A stretch of DNA of 64,000 bases, taken from the NCBI RefSeq assembly GCF_055900595.2, contig NZ_CM148325.1. One strand, written 5' to 3'. The position numbers and the translations under genes were made by a program. Positions 23,420 through 35,144 of the stretch are shown one piece after another (position 1 is the stretch's first letter; each line of letters begins with the position of its first letter). The notes beneath the pieces are model-generated. The model had not been told where the DNA came from and searched no databases. It was given only the letters and a program-made list of their open reading frames with translations.

Positions 23420-24304
23420 TTAAAGGAAATGACAGAATTTACCGACGATGCCAAGAACCACGGTAACCGCAATCAGGCGCAGCGGACTCCAGCCGCGGCG
23501 TACCAGCCAGAACATGGTCAGGGTGTAGACCAGCGGTAAGAAGGCAGGCATCAGTTTGTCGATAACGTCAGCCTGCAGCTTAACCACTGCGTCGCCCGCC
23601 GTGATTTCCAGCGTGGTGCTTAAACGAACATAGGTTGCCACCAGCGCGCCGATTACCGTCATCCCAACGATTGACGCAGCATGGCCGACTTTTTTGGTAT
23701 TCGCTTTAATGAGTGGAATCGCCGCCACGCCCATGCGGTAAGCATAATGCGCCAGACCAAAACGCAGCCCCAGGTGTACCACGTTGAACAGCACAATAAA
23801 GACGACTGCGCCAAGAATAGAGCCTTGCAATGCCAGACTGGCTCCAATCCCGCCACAAATCGGCAGTAACGTTAGCCAGAACATGGCATCGCCAATCCCG
23901 CCGAGCGGCGCACCGACGGCAATTTTGGTGCTCTGAATACTGTTAACGTCCTGCTTAGAACGCTCCATCGCAAGGATAATGCCGATAACAAACGTCACCA
24001 GAAACGGATGGGTATTGAAGAAACCCATATGTCCCTTCATGGCGCGCGCCAGGTCGCGTTTATTAGTGTGGATCTTTTTCAGAGCAGGCAGCAGACCGTA
24101 CAACCAGCCGGAAGCCTGCATACGTTCGTAGTTAAAAGACGCTTGTAACAGCATGGAACGCCAGGCGACGCGGTTGATATCTTTTTTCGTCAGCTCTGCG
24201 CCAATGCTCTGATCTTCATACACGTTTTCATTGACGCCTGTCAGCAGTGTCTCTTCATTTTCGCTGACGTTCGGCAGGGTGGTTTGATTAGATGCCATCT
24301 TCAA
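23420..24304 (-). CDS. agaE: PTS mannose-family EIID component (galactosamine)
   Basis: Paralog of AgaD in translation. Confidence 0.85.
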   Translation of the reverse strand: MKMASNQTTLPNVSENEETLLTGVNENVYEDQSIGAELTKKDINRVAWRSMLLQASFNYERMQASGWLYGLLPALKKIHTNKRDLARAMKGHMGFFNTHPFLVTFVIGIILAMERSKQDVNSIQSTKIAVGAPLGGIGDAMFWLTLLPICGGIGASLALQGSILGAVVFIVLFNVVHLGLRFGLAHYAYRMGVAAIPLIKANTKKVGHAASIVGMTVIGALVATYVRLSTTLEITAGDAVVKLQADVIDKLMPAFLPLVYTLTMFWLVRRGWSPLRLIAVTVVLGIVGKFCHFL

Positions 24305-25067
24305 ATTCCTCTTTCTGTGCCGCAGGTTGAGTCGGTTCAGGAGATTTACGCAGCAAGTCGATCAGCGCCATCGCCAGCGCGGCGGCAGCAATAGCCAGCA
24401 CCGGTAACTTGAGCCAGGCTGCGGCAACAAAGCCCAGGATGAAGTAGGGGATGTAGACGTTTTTCATCATGATTTTCAGCAGCACGGCAAAACCGATTGC
24501 TGGCATGATGCCACCCGCGACGCCGAGGCCGTCGATTAATCGTTGCGGCAGGACATCAATGATGGTTTTGGCATGTTCTGCGCCGAAGTAGATAGGCAGG
24601 AAAGCGCAGAGAAAATAGAACGTGCCGAGTGCCAACAGTGCCAGATAGTTCACGCGTTCAATGCCGCGTGTATCGGCGTTCTCCGCCATCCGGTCGCAGC
24701 GGGACATTACGCCAGACATCACCGAGAACAGGAAGGTAATCCCCATCTGTACTGCGACAGCGAAAGGTACGGCGACACCGACCGCGACATCCGGTTTCAC
24801 GCCAGTAGTAATGGCAAACGCCGTGCCGACGATAGTTCCGATAATCACGTTAGGCGGCTGTGCGCCCGCCAGTGGTGCCAGCCCCATCCACACCAGTTCC
24901 AGCGTACCGCCGGTTAAAATACCGGTATGCAGATCGCCAAGCACCAACCCAACTAACGGGCCGAGGACCACCGGGCGGTGCATATGGGTCAAGCCGTTAA
25001 ACATATCCAGGCCAGCGATAAAGGCGATAATGCCCAACGCAAATGCCTGCAACAGACTGATTTCCAT
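24288..25067 (-). CDS. agaW: PTS mannose-family EIIC component, full length (259 aa)
   Basis: Paralog of AgaC in translation; overlaps agaE start by 17 nt. Confidence 0.85.
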   Translation of the reverse strand: MEISLLQAFALGIIAFIAGLDMFNGLTHMHRPVVLGPLVGLVLGDLHTGILTGGTLELVWMGLAPLAGAQPPNVIIGTIVGTAFAITTGVKPDVAVGVAVPFAVAVQMGITFLFSVMSGVMSRCDRMAENADTRGIERVNYLALLALGTFYFLCAFLPIYFGAEHAKTIIDVLPQRLIDGLGVAGGIMPAIGFAVLLKIMMKNVYIPYFILGFVAAAWLKLPVLAIAAAALAMALIDLLRKSPEPTQPAAQKEEFEDGI

Positions 25068-25077
25068 AATGAATCCC

Positions 25078-25551
25078 TCAAAGTAATTTAAAGAGGTCCA
25101 CAGCAGGTTCTGTCGGAACGCCCTGAACGAAGCATTCCACCCCAGCGGCTTTCAGGTCGTTAAATGCCGCGATATCGCTCGCATCCACAGAAACCGTTTT
25201 GGCAATTTGCTGCTTGCCATTGGCATAGTGCATGTTGCCAACGTTAATGCGACTCACCGGGACCCCACCTTTAACCAGCATCAGGAAATCGGCAGGTGTT
25301 TTACAAACCAGCAGAATTTTCTGCCGATCGGCGGCGCGGTGGATGTTGTCGATCACTTTTTGCAGCGTCCAGAAACGTACGGCGATCCCTTCAGCCAGTA
25401 CCATTTCCATCAGGTTTTGTTGTACCGGATCTTCGGCAACCTCATCATTGGCTACCAGCACCAGATTTGCCCCCGCAAATCCGACCCACTGAACGCCGAC
25501 CTGACCGTGAATCAAGCGTTCATCAATCCGGCTTAAAACAATATTTGGCAT
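25078..25551 (-). CDS. agaV: PTS mannose-family EIIB component (157 aa)
   Basis: Paralog of AgaB; start at MPNIVLSRIDER (25551) with AGAGGA SD. Confidence 0.85.
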   Translation of the reverse strand: MPNIVLSRIDERLIHGQVGVQWVGFAGANLVLVANDEVAEDPVQQNLMEMVLAEGIAVRFWTLQKVIDNIHRAADRQKILLVCKTPADFLMLVKGGVPVSRINVGNMHYANGKQQIAKTVSVDASDIAAFNDLKAAGVECFVQGVPTEPAVDLFKLL

Positions 25552-25573
25552 AGCGTGTTCCTCTTTGTTTTGC

Positions 25574-26854
25574 TTATTGGCCTTCACAGGCTGTGTGGTA
25601 CTGCGCCAGGATGTCCTGAATATGGTTGATAATGAGTTCCCGTGGCGTTGGCTGCAGCTCGCCGGAGCGAACTTTCACGTATTGCAGCGGCAGGTACTGA
25701 CTGATGAGCGGCAGCGGAATTGGTGCATCCGCCAGGTTACGAACCAGATGGGCGAAAGCGTCATCAATCTGGCTGTCCGGCCAGTAATAGCGCACGCGAT
25801 CCGAGTAGCTATAACCACGCGCCAGACGACGCGCGTTGCCATCACCGTGGTAGTGGCTTTGCCAGTATTCCGGGCGGTCGAGCATCACGTTTTCCAGCAC
25901 CTGACGCAGACCGGAACAGGCTTTTGCTGGCACCAGTTCTTCTTCAATCGCCGCCAGAGAGAACAGAGCTTCACGCAGGGCGAAGGTGAGCGCCGGACCA
26001 ACTTTCAGAATGGCAAAGTGGTCAATCACCAGCTGGCGCAGCGATTGCGGCGTTTGGTAATCGGTAGAGTGCGCTTCGAAAATCAGCGTTTCGTAGTTTT
26101 CGACCATCTGGCTTAAGGCGGTCGCTTTAGCTGGCTGATAATCAATAACGTTGGTGTGATCGAATTCGACGCCGGGTTGTACCACCAGAGCAATGATGCG
26201 TGGCCAGATGGCATTCAGACCTTGCTTTTCAAAGGCGTGACGATGGGCTTCCAGCGTGGCGCGGGCGGCATCCGGCGTAGTGACCGCCAGCTCGCTTAAG
26301 GTTTCATGCGCGCCGCCAGGTACCGGCACTTCGGTACCAATGACATACACCAGATCGGCTTCGCCAAAGTGTTCACGGCAGGTTTCTTCCGCGACTTTAG
26401 CCAGTCGGGCGGCGCGTTCAGCCACGATGTCATCGGTTAAGGGAACCGGATCGTCCTGACAGGACATGCTGCAATCAAGGTGAATTTTTTTGAATCCTGC
26501 CGCCACGTAGCTTTTAATCAAATCATCGGCATTTGCCATCGCCTGAGCTGCAGGCAGGTTTTGCCAGCGGTTTGGCCCCAGATGATCGCCACCCAGAATC
26601 AACGCGTCTTGTGGGAAATTCAATGAGTCGGCGAGCTGACAAACAAAGCCGCGAAAATCGGCGGGTGTCATTCCGGTATAACCACCGAACTGGTCCACCT
26701 GATTGGATGTCGCTTCAATCAGTAACGGTGTTTGGTTTACACTGGCGTAGCGGATTGCAGCTTCCAGCACCAGCGGGTGTGCGGAACAAACGGCATAAAT
26801 CCCATTTGTTTTGCCCTCTTTGTGCTGCCTCACCATTTCTGTCAGATGTTTCAC
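25574..26854 (-). CDS. kbaZ: Tagatose-bisphosphate aldolase non-catalytic subunit KbaZ (426 aa)
   Basis: Translation recognised as KbaZ/AgaZ; GTG start at 26854 preceded by GGAGAGG; ORF track extends further upstream. Confidence 0.8.
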   Translation of the reverse strand: MKHLTEMVRQHKEGKTNGIYAVCSAHPLVLEAAIRYASVNQTPLLIEATSNQVDQFGGYTGMTPADFRGFVCQLADSLNFPQDALILGGDHLGPNRWQNLPAAQAMANADDLIKSYVAAGFKKIHLDCSMSCQDDPVPLTDDIVAERAARLAKVAEETCREHFGEADLVYVIGTEVPVPGGAHETLSELAVTTPDAARATLEAHRHAFEKQGLNAIWPRIIALVVQPGVEFDHTNVIDYQPAKATALSQMVENYETLIFEAHSTDYQTPQSLRQLVIDHFAILKVGPALTFALREALFSLAAIEEELVPAKACSGLRQVLENVMLDRPEYWQSHYHGDGNARRLARGYSYSDRVRYYWPDSQIDDAFAHLVRNLADAPIPLPLISQYLPLQYVKVRSGELQPTPRELIINHIQDILAQYHTACEGQ

Positions 26855-27102
26855 TTTCCTCTCCAGTTCAGATTGCTGCGATATTAATCTTTCGTTTTGT
26901 TTCAGTTGATACTGCGTCATGGTGAGATAAAAATAAAACGAAAGATAATAGTTTTCTGATCTGATTCACAAAAGAAACATAATGAAAGTCACTGAAACGA
27001 GAGTAGCTTGCGTCAATGGGCAAGGTGGGCTTGCATTTGCTCAATAGAAAGGCGTTAATAGGCAAAACGAAATGAAACGAAAGTTTTACGAAAGGACTTA
27101 CT
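26855..27102. promoter_or_regulatory. Divergent kbaZ / agaR promoter region with AgaR-type operator repeats
   Basis: Repeated AACGAAA / CGAAAG motifs (aaacgaaagataatag; gcaaaacgaaatgaaacgaaagttttacgaaagg). Confidence 0.5.
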
Positions 27103-27912
27103 ATGAGTAATACCGACGCTTCAGGCGAGAAGCGAGTGACAGGCACCAGCGAGCGACGAGAACAAATCATTCAGCGCCTGCGACAGCAAGGGAGTGTGCA
27201 GGTTAACGATCTGTCGGCATTGTATGGCGTATCTACTGTGACGATCCGCAACGATCTGGCGTTTCTGGAAAAGCAGGGGATCGCTGTGCGGGCCTATGGC
27301 GGCGCGTTGATCTGCGATAGCACGACGCCGTCAGTCGAGCCATCAGTGGAAGATAAAAGCGCGCTGAACACTGCGATGAAACGCAGCGTTGCGAAAGCTG
27401 CCGTTGAGTTGATTCAGCCAGGTCATCGGGTGATCCTCGATTCCGGGACCACCACGTTTGAGATTGCTCGTCTGATGCGCAAGCACACTGACGTAATTGC
27501 GATGACCAATGGTATGAACGTAGCCAATGCACTGCTGGAAGCAGAAGGCGTTGAACTTCTTATGACCGGCGGGCATCTGCGGCGTCAGTCGCAATCTTTT
27601 TACGGCGATCAGGCTGAACAATCGCTACAAAATTACCACTTCGATATGCTGTTTCTTGGCGTAGATGCTATTGATCTGGAGCGCGGCGTCAGCACGCATA
27701 ATGAAGATGAAGCCCGTTTAAACCGTCGGATGTGCGAAGTTGCGGAACGGATCATCGTGGTCACCGATTCCAGTAAGTTCAACCGTTCCAGTTTACATAA
27801 GATCATTGATACTCAACGTATCGACATGATCATTGTTGATGAAGGCATTCCTGCGGATAGTCTGGAAGGACTGCGAAAGGCTGGGGTTGAAGTGATTCTG
27901 GTCGGGGAGTGA
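27103..27912 (+). CDS. agaR: DeoR-family transcriptional repressor AgaR (269 aa)
   Basis: Translation recognised as AgaR. Confidence 0.9.
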
Positions 27913-27966
27913 GAAATGGTGCCCGCTGGTCAACACCAATGCGTTCGGCGGGCATTGTGAACACCA

Positions 27967-28431
27967 TCAATGGTTTTCTTCTGTCTCTTGGGTGAGGCTT
28001 TCCCAGTCGGCAGGAGGATGTCCTCTTTTTAACATTTTACTGAATACGGTATAGGCATCTGTTTTTTTACCGTAGGTGCGCAGCGTGTTTTCATCGTTCA
28101 TCCATCCCAGAATGATGACTTTCTCTTTTTCACTGTAACGAAAGAAGAGACGATAGCGACCAGCACCAAATTTTACCCGTGACCAGTCTTTATTTTTCCC
28201 AGAGCCTAACGACTTGCCATGACGGAATGCCGGTGATGATGGATTGACCGTGATATGCTCCTCAATCACTTTATGGACCACCGCCAATAACTTTGTGGCA
28301 GCTTTTCTCTGATAATTTTCAGGATCTTTTCCCTTTAATGCCTCGACTTCGGCAACTAAAGCATCGTAGGTTTCCTGAAAACAGGGATGAGCATATAGCG
28401 CCCAACCATTAACCCTTTGTGGAAAATCCAT
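27967..28431 (-). CDS. yhaV: Toxin YhaV, ribosome-dependent mRNA interferase (154 aa)
   Basis: Translation recognised as YhaV; ATG overlaps the prlF stop (TAATG). Confidence 0.9.
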   Translation of the reverse strand: MDFPQRVNGWALYAHPCFQETYDALVAEVEALKGKDPENYQRKAATKLLAVVHKVIEEHITVNPSSPAFRHGKSLGSGKNKDWSRVKFGAGRYRLFFRYSEKEKVIILGWMNDENTLRTYGKKTDAYTVFSKMLKRGHPPADWESLTQETEENH

Positions 28432-28766
28432 TATTCGTCGTCGCCAATCTCATCGTCAATGTTGACGTCCATGCCAGCGACAAGTTTCTTTCCTTGTTGA
28501 ATGTCGAATGGACGAGTTTTTTGCGGGTTGTTCTGGATATCTGCATCCAGAAAACGCAAAAATGCATTCATAGTATGATCCTCCTGTTCATCTCCCAGTC
28601 GGCACATAAATACTTGCCCACCAGGCAGAATTTCGTAATGAATGCTGTCCAGGCCTGGCTTCAGTTTTAAGGCCTCACGCACTGGCGCGGGGATAGTTGT
28701 TTGTCCGCGTATCGTGACCTTTGATTCAGTGGTCAGTACAGCGTTAGAGCGAGCATTAGCGGGCAT
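28431..28766 (-). CDS. prlF: Antitoxin PrlF/SohA (AbrB-fold; 111 aa)
   Basis: Translation recognised as PrlF; acidic C-terminus (DDEIGDDE). Confidence 0.9.
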   Translation of the reverse strand: MPANARSNAVLTTESKVTIRGQTTIPAPVREALKLKPGLDSIHYEILPGGQVFMCRLGDEQEDHTMNAFLRFLDADIQNNPQKTRPFDIQQGKKLVAGMDVNIDDEIGDDE

Positions 28767-28821
28767 TATTTACTGTCCTTTTACAGCCTGTTTTCTGCTC
28801 AAATTATAAGCTTGAACTAAG

Positions 28822-28837
28822 GTAATGCAAATGCATT
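28822..28837. promoter_or_regulatory. Candidate prlF-yhaV operator palindrome
   Basis: Perfect inverted repeat TAATGCA-AA-TGCATTA about 55-70 bp upstream of the prlF ATG; TA modules are typically autoregulated at such palindromes. Confidence 0.4.
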
Positions 28838-28914
28838 ATTAATGGATGTGTGGACTTTAAACAATAAAAACATGGCACTAAGGCCATGTTTTGCGAGGGA
28901 CGTTCCAAAAGAAA

Positions 28915-30486
28915 TCAGGTCACCGGTGCCGGGTTAAACACCGCCAGCTGGTTATGCAGTCCCCATTGATCTGAGAAGGTTTTCTTCTTCCCGCTGGCGA
29001 CGTCGAGAATAAAGTGGAACAGCTTCCAGCCCACTTCTTCTATGGTTTCTTCGCCGGTGGCGATGGTGCCTGCGTTGATATCCATTAAGTCAAACCAACG
29101 GTTTGCCAGTTCGGTGCGGGTCGCCATTTTAATGACGGGTACTACCATCAGGCCATATGGCGTGCCGCGACCGGTCGTAAACACTTGCACGGTAATCCCT
29201 GATGCCACCTGTTGCGTGCCACAGACAAAATCGCTGGCTGGCGTCGCGGCGTAAATTAATCCGCGTTTAGTCGGGCGTTGACCGGGCGATAGCACTTCAA
29301 CAATTGCGCTTTTACCCGATTTAGCAATGGAGCCGAGAGCCTTCTCCACTACGTTTGCCAGACCGCCTTTCTTGTTGCCCGGAGAAGGGTTGGCGCTGCG
29401 GTCGGTTTTTCCCATATTCAGATAGTTATCGTACCACTCCATCTCTTCCAGCAGACGCTTGCCGACCTCTTCGTTCACTGCGCGCGGCGTCAGCAGATGG
29501 ATCGCGTCACGCACTTCTGTGACTTCCGAGAACATCACTGTTGCACCGCAGCGCACCAGTAGATCAGACGCATACCCAACCGCTGGATTTGCCGTTACGC
29601 CAGAAAACGCATCGCTGCCACCGCACTGCATGCCGACAACCAGTTCTGAAGCCGGACAGGTTTCTCGCTGACGTTGATTCAGTTTTTGTATATGGCGTTC
29701 GGCGACCTGCAAAATATCCTCGACCATGGACTGAAAACCGACATGCTTTTCATCCTGCAAACTGACAATGCTGGCGCTTTCTACTGGAATAGCTTGCACA
29801 TCATCCGTTCCAGTCAGCAGGCGCTCAGGCTGCAACTTTTCACAACCCAGACCAATCACCATTACTTCGCCGCCAAAGTTAGGGTTCAGCGAAATATTGT
29901 GAATGGTACGGATAGGCACAACTGCCGCCGGTGCGTTAATCGCCACGCCACAACCGTACAAATGATTCAGCCCCACCACGCCATCGACGTTCGGGTATTT
30001 CGGTAGCAGATCGCGTTCAATGATTTTTACTACGTAGTCCACCACGCCTGCCACACAGTGGACGCTGGTGGTGATGCCGAGCAGGTTTTTGGTGCCCACG
30101 CTGCCATCAGCATTGCGATAGCCCTCAAAGGTGTATCCTTCCAGCGGCGGTAAGGGTTCCGGGACTTTGGTTGCCAGTGGCAGTGTGTGTAACGGCGGCG
30201 CTTCCGGTAGTACAACCATTGATTCGTCGATCCAGCTTCCGCGTGGGATTGCGCGCACGGCGTAACCAATCACTTCACCATAACGAATAATTTCACCATT
30301 AGCCGGAATGTCCAGCAATGCGACTTTATGCCCCTGGGGAATATGTTCAATTAATTCCAGCCCATCCGGAAAACGCGTTCCTGCTTTCAGGCCATTATCA
30401 TTAACAATAATTGCCACATTATCTGTGTCATGAACTTTTATATAAAACGCAGTTGGCGTTTCTTGTCTGATTTCGATGTTGGCCAT
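28915..30486 (-). CDS. garD: Galactarate dehydratase GarD (523 aa)
   Basis: Translation recognised as GarD. Confidence 0.95.
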   Translation of the reverse strand: MANIEIRQETPTAFYIKVHDTDNVAIIVNDNGLKAGTRFPDGLELIEHIPQGHKVALLDIPANGEIIRYGEVIGYAVRAIPRGSWIDESMVVLPEAPPLHTLPLATKVPEPLPPLEGYTFEGYRNADGSVGTKNLLGITTSVHCVAGVVDYVVKIIERDLLPKYPNVDGVVGLNHLYGCGVAINAPAAVVPIRTIHNISLNPNFGGEVMVIGLGCEKLQPERLLTGTDDVQAIPVESASIVSLQDEKHVGFQSMVEDILQVAERHIQKLNQRQRETCPASELVVGMQCGGSDAFSGVTANPAVGYASDLLVRCGATVMFSEVTEVRDAIHLLTPRAVNEEVGKRLLEEMEWYDNYLNMGKTDRSANPSPGNKKGGLANVVEKALGSIAKSGKSAIVEVLSPGQRPTKRGLIYAATPASDFVCGTQQVASGITVQVFTTGRGTPYGLMVVPVIKMATRTELANRWFDLMDINAGTIATGEETIEEVGWKLFHFILDVASGKKKTFSDQWGLHNQLAVFNPAPVT

Positions 30487-30861
30487 TGTGCAATATTCTC
30501 CAGCCAGGGGTTATTAAAATGAGGATCTGGTCTCATTTAAAAAATAAATGACTTCATTGGGTGAAATAAGAATGTCAGGAGTTTAAACGCAGAAATGTGA
30601 TCAATGTCAATCATTTCAGGGATTGCAGTGCCGCCCGGCAGGGTAAAGCGCAAATCTGTGCTTTAGCGCGCAACCTTATGTGCATATGCTCAAAATAATA
30701 TTTAAATAGTAATAATAAAATTAGCATTTGCACAATGATTATTATTCTCTCGCTGCTTATACTAATTCCTGAGTTCATTGTCGTAACGGCATAAATAAAA
30801 CTCATAAATAACACATTCCCCATAATAATAAAAATCAGCATAAGTACCCGAGGTAAATAAA

Positions 30862-32196
30862 ATGATTCTGGACACCGTTGACGTAAAAAAGAAAGGCGTG
30901 CATACCCGCTATTTAATATTACTGATTATTTTTATTGTTACCGCCGTTAACTACGCCGATCGTGCAACGCTGTCTATTGCTGGTACCGAAGTGGCAAAAG
31001 AGTTGCAGTTAAGTGCGGTTTCGATGGGTTACATCTTTTCTGCTTTTGGCTGGGCCTACTTGCTGATGCAAATCCCCGGCGGCTGGCTGCTTGATAAGTT
31101 TGGCTCGAAAAAAGTTTACACCTACAGCCTCTTTTTCTGGTCGCTATTCACCTTCCTGCAAGGCTTTGTTGATATGTTCCCGCTGGCCTGGGCAGGGATC
31201 TCCATGTTCTTTATGCGCTTTATGCTCGGCTTCTCGGAAGCGCCATCATTCCCGGCGAACGCCCGTATTGTCGCCGCCTGGTTCCCGACGAAAGAACGTG
31301 GTACTGCCTCCGCCATCTTTAACTCGGCGCAATATTTCTCGCTGGCGCTCTTTTCGCCTCTGCTTGGCTGGCTGACTTTCGCCTGGGGATGGGAGCACGT
31401 CTTTACCGTTATGGGGGTGATTGGTTTTGTGCTGACGGCGCTGTGGATCAAGTTGATTCATAACCCGACAGATCACCCACGTATGTCTGCGGAAGAGCTG
31501 AAGTTTATATCTGAAAATGGCGCGGTGGTCGATATGGACCACAAAAAGCCGGGCAGCGCGGCAGCAAGCGGTCCCAAACTGCATTACATCAAGCAATTGC
31601 TCTCTAACCGCATGATGCTGGGTGTATTTTTCGGGCAATATTTTATCAACACCATCACCTGGTTCTTCCTTACCTGGTTCCCGATTTATCTGGTGCAGGA
31701 AAAAGGCATGTCGATTCTGAAAGTGGGTCTGGTCGCCTCGATTCCGGCACTGTGTGGTTTTGCGGGCGGCGTGCTCGGTGGTGTCTTCTCGGATTATCTG
31801 ATCAAACGCGGTTTGTCCCTGACCCTGGCACGTAAGTTACCGATTGTGCTGGGAATGTTGCTGGCTTCCACCATCATCTTATGTAACTACACCAACAACA
31901 CCACGCTGGTGGTCACGCTGATGGCGCTGGCTTTTTTTGGCAAAGGATTTGGTGCTCTGGGCTGGCCGGTGATTTCTGACACCGCGCCGAAAGAGATTGT
32001 TGGCCTCTGCGGCGGCGTCTTTAACGTCTTTGGAAATGTTGCCTCCATTGTCACTCCACTGGTGATTGGCTACCTGGTAAGTGAACTGCACTCCTTCAAT
32101 GCAGCACTGGTTTTCGTGGGATGTTCAGCGCTGATGGCGATGGTCTGCTACCTCTTCGTAGTTGGCGACATTAAACGTATGGAATTGCAGAAATAA
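30862..32196 (+). CDS. garP: MFS galactarate/glucarate/glycerate transporter GarP (444 aa)
   Basis: Translation recognised as GarP. Confidence 0.9.
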   Translation: MILDTVDVKKKGVHTRYLILLIIFIVTAVNYADRATLSIAGTEVAKELQLSAVSMGYIFSAFGWAYLLMQIPGGWLLDKFGSKKVYTYSLFFWSLFTFLQGFVDMFPLAWAGISMFFMRFMLGFSEAPSFPANARIVAAWFPTKERGTASAIFNSAQYFSLALFSPLLGWLTFAWGWEHVFTVMGVIGFVLTALWIKLIHNPTDHPRMSAEELKFISENGAVVDMDHKKPGSAAASGPKLHYIKQLLSNRMMLGVFFGQYFINTITWFFLTWFPIYLVQEKGMSILKVGLVASIPALCGFAGGVLGGVFSDYLIKRGLSLTLARKLPIVLGMLLASTIILCNYTNNTTLVVTLMALAFFGKGFGALGWPVISDTAPKEIVGLCGGVFNVFGNVASIVTPLVIGYLVSELHSFNAALVFVGCSALMAMVCYLFVVGDIKRMELQK

Positions 32197-32211
32197 GCAA
32201 AGGTATAAGCG

Positions 32212-32982
32212 ATGAATAACGATGTTTTCCCGAATAAATTCAAAGCCGCACTGGCTGCGAAACAGGTACAAATTGGTTGCTGGTCAGCACTCTCTAACCC
32301 GATTAGCACTGAAGTTCTTGGTTTGGCTGGGTTTGACTGGCTGGTGCTGGATGGCGAACATGCGCCAAACGATATCTCCACGTTTATTCCGCAGTTAATG
32401 GCCCTGAAAGGCAGCGCCAGCGCGCCAGTAGTGCGAGTGCCGACCAACGAGCCGGTAATTATAAAGCGTCTTCTGGATATCGGTTTCTATAACTTCCTGA
32501 TTCCTTTTGTAGAAACAAAAGAGGAAGCAGAGCAGGCGGTGGCATCAACCCGTTACCCACCGGAAGGCATTCGCGGCGTCTCCGTTTCTCACCGCGCCAA
32601 TATGTTTGGCACCGTGGCGGATTATTTCGCTCAGTCGAACAAGAACATCACCATTCTGGTCCAGATAGAAAGTCAGCAGGGCGTAGATAACGTCGATGCC
32701 ATTGCCGCTACCGAAGGTGTAGACGGTATCTTTGTCGGCCCCAGCGATCTGGCTGCGGCATTAGGCCATCTCGGCAATGCCTCGCACCCGGATGTACAAA
32801 AAGCAATCCAGCATATTTTTAACCGTGCCAGTGCGCACGGCAAACCCAGCGGTATCCTCGCGCCGGTCGAAGCCGATGCGCGTCGTTATCTGGAATGGGG
32901 CGCGACGTTTGTGGCTGTCGGCAGCGATCTCGGCGTCTTCCGCTCTGCCACTCAGAAACTGGCTGATACCTTTAAAAAATAA
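32212..32982 (+). CDS. garL: 5-keto-4-deoxy-D-glucarate aldolase GarL (256 aa)
   Basis: Translation recognised as GarL (HpcH/HpaI aldolase family). Confidence 0.9.
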
Positions 32983-33011
32983 CCACCACCGCAACAAGAG
33001 AGATGATTGAT

Positions 33012-33902
33012 ATGACTATGAAAGTTGGTTTTATTGGCCTGGGGATTATGGGTAAACCAATGAGTAAAAACCTTCTGAAAGCAGGTTACTCGCTGGTGGT
33101 TGCTGACCGTAACCCAGAAGCTATTGCTGACGTGATTGCTGCAGGTGCAGAAACAGCTTCTACGGCTAAAGCGATCGCTGAACAGTGCGACGTCATCATA
33201 ACCATGCTGCCAAACTCCCCTCATGTGAAAGAGGTGGCGCTGGGTGAGAATGGCATTATTGAAGGCGCGAAGCCAGGTACAGTATTGATCGATATGAGTT
33301 CTATTGCACCGCTGGCAAGCCGTGAAATAAGCGAAGCGCTGAAAGCGAAAGGCATTGATATGCTGGACGCCCCGGTGAGCGGCGGTGAACCGAAAGCCAT
33401 CGACGGTACGCTGTCAGTGATGGTGGGCGGCGACAAGGCTATTTTCGACAAATACTATGATTTGATGAAAGCGATGGCGGGTTCCGTGGTGCATACCGGG
33501 GAAATCGGTGCAGGTAACGTCACCAAACTGGCAAATCAGGTCATTGTGGCGCTGAATATTGCCGCGATGTCAGAAGCGTTAACGCTGGCAACCAAAGCGG
33601 GCGTTAACCCGGATCTGGTGTATCAGGCAATTCGCGGTGGACTGGCGGGCAGTACCGTGCTGGATGCCAAAGCGCCGATGGTGATGGACCGCAACTTCAA
33701 GCCGGGCTTCCGTATTGATCTGCATATTAAGGATCTGGCAAATGCGCTGGATACTTCCCACGGCGTCGGCGCGCAACTGCCGCTCACAGCTGCGGTTATG
33801 GAGATGATGCAGGCACTGCGAGCAGATGGTTTAGGAACGGCGGATCATAGCGCCCTGGCGTGCTACTACGAAAAACTGGCGAAAGTCGAAGTTACTCGCT
33901 AA
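33012..33902 (+). CDS. garR: Tartronate semialdehyde reductase GarR
   Basis: NAD-binding GFIGLGIMG motif; start placed at MTMKVGF (33012); 33003 and 33018 are alternatives. Confidence 0.85.
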   Translation: MTMKVGFIGLGIMGKPMSKNLLKAGYSLVVADRNPEAIADVIAAGAETASTAKAIAEQCDVIITMLPNSPHVKEVALGENGIIEGAKPGTVLIDMSSIAPLASREISEALKAKGIDMLDAPVSGGEPKAIDGTLSVMVGGDKAIFDKYYDLMKAMAGSVVHTGEIGAGNVTKLANQVIVALNIAAMSEALTLATKAGVNPDLVYQAIRGGLAGSTVLDAKAPMVMDRNFKPGFRIDLHIKDLANALDTSHGVGAQLPLTAAVMEMMQALRADGLGTADHSALACYYEKLAKVEVTR

Positions 33903-33998
33903 TGACGTCGTGCCCGGATGGCGTATTGCAATCCGGGCCTGGAATCCAGGCCGAATAAGAGAAACGCCCTCCGGCGTCATGTGGTAACAGGCATAGGT

Positions 33999-35144
33999 AT
34001 GAAAATCGTAATCGCCCCAGACTCTTATAAAGAAAGTTTATCTGCCAGCGAGGTTGCGCAGGCGATAGAAAAAGGATTTCGGGAAATTTTTCCTGATGCA
34101 CAGTATGTTTCCGTTCCGGTTGCCGACGGTGGTGAAGGAACGGTGGAAGCCATGATTGCAGCCACCCAGGGGGCTGAACGTCACGCCTGGGTTACAGGGC
34201 CGCTGGGCGAGAAAGTGAATGCCAGTTGGGGGATCTCCGGCGATGGCAAAACCGCGTTTATCGAAATGGCGGCGGCCAGTGGGCTGGAACTGGTACCTGC
34301 GGAAAAACGCGATCCACTTGTGACCACTTCACGCGGTACTGGCGAGTTAATCCTGCAGGCGCTGGAGAGCGGCGCGACAAACATTATTATCGGCATTGGC
34401 GGCAGCGCCACCAACGACGGCGGCGCAGGCATGGTGCAGGCGCTGGGGGCGAAATTATGCGATGCCAACGGCAATGAAATTGGTTTTGGCGGCGGTAGCC
34501 TTAATACTCTGAATGATATTGATATTTCCGGCCTCGATCCGCGCTTAAAAGATTGTGCTATTCGCGTCGCTTGTGATGTCACCAATCCGCTGGTGGGCGA
34601 TAACGGCGCATCGCGCATCTTTGGCCCACAAAAGGGAGCCAGTGAAGCGATGATTGTCGAGCTGGACAATAACCTCTCTCACTATGCCGATGTCATTAAA
34701 AAAGCGCTGCATGTTGATGTGAAAGATGTCCCCGGCGCAGGAGCTGCGGGCGGTATGGGCGCGGCGCTGATGGCGTTTCTTGGTGCGGAACTGAAAAGTG
34801 GTATTGAAATCGTCACGACGGCGCTGAATCTGGAGGAACATATTCACGATTGTACGCTGGTGATCACCGGTGAAGGGCGTATTGACAGCCAGAGTATACA
34901 CGGCAAGGTTCCGATTGGCGTCGCAAACGTGGCGAAAAAGTACCATAAACCGGTGATTGGCATTGCGGGTAGCCTGACCAATGATGTTGGCGTTGTACAT
35001 CAGCATGGCATTGATGCGGTCTTCAGCGTATTGACCAGTATTGGTACGTTGGACGAAGCATTCCGCGGGGCTTATGACAATATTTACCGTGCTTCACGTA
35101 ATATCGCCGCGACACTGGCGATTGGAATGCGCAACGCGGGGTGA
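33999..35144 (+). CDS. garK: Glycerate 2-kinase GarK (381 aa)
   Basis: Translation recognised as GarK; start at MKIVIAPDSYK (33999) rather than the ORF-track ATG at 33918. Confidence 0.9.
   Translation: MKIVIAPDSYKESLSASEVAQAIEKGFREIFPDAQYVSVPVADGGEGTVEAMIAATQGAERHAWVTGPLGEKVNASWGISGDGKTAFIEMAAASGLELVPAEKRDPLVTTSRGTGELILQALESGATNIIIGIGGSATNDGGAGMVQALGAKLCDANGNEIGFGGGSLNTLNDIDISGLDPRLKDCAIRVACDVTNPLVGDNGASRIFGPQKGASEAMIVELDNNLSHYADVIKKALHVDVKDVPGAGAAGGMGAALMAFLGAELKSGIEIVTTALNLEEHIHDCTLVITGEGRIDSQSIHGKVPIGVANVAKKYHKPVIGIAGSLTNDVGVVHQHGIDAVFSVLTSIGTLDEAFRGAYDNIYRASRNIAATLAIGMRNAG

Noticed and set aside
30611-30841. 76-aa ORF in the garD-garP intergenic region
   Set aside because: Lies in an AT-rich divergent promoter region; Ile/Leu/Phe-rich translation typical of AT-rich noise; no SD.
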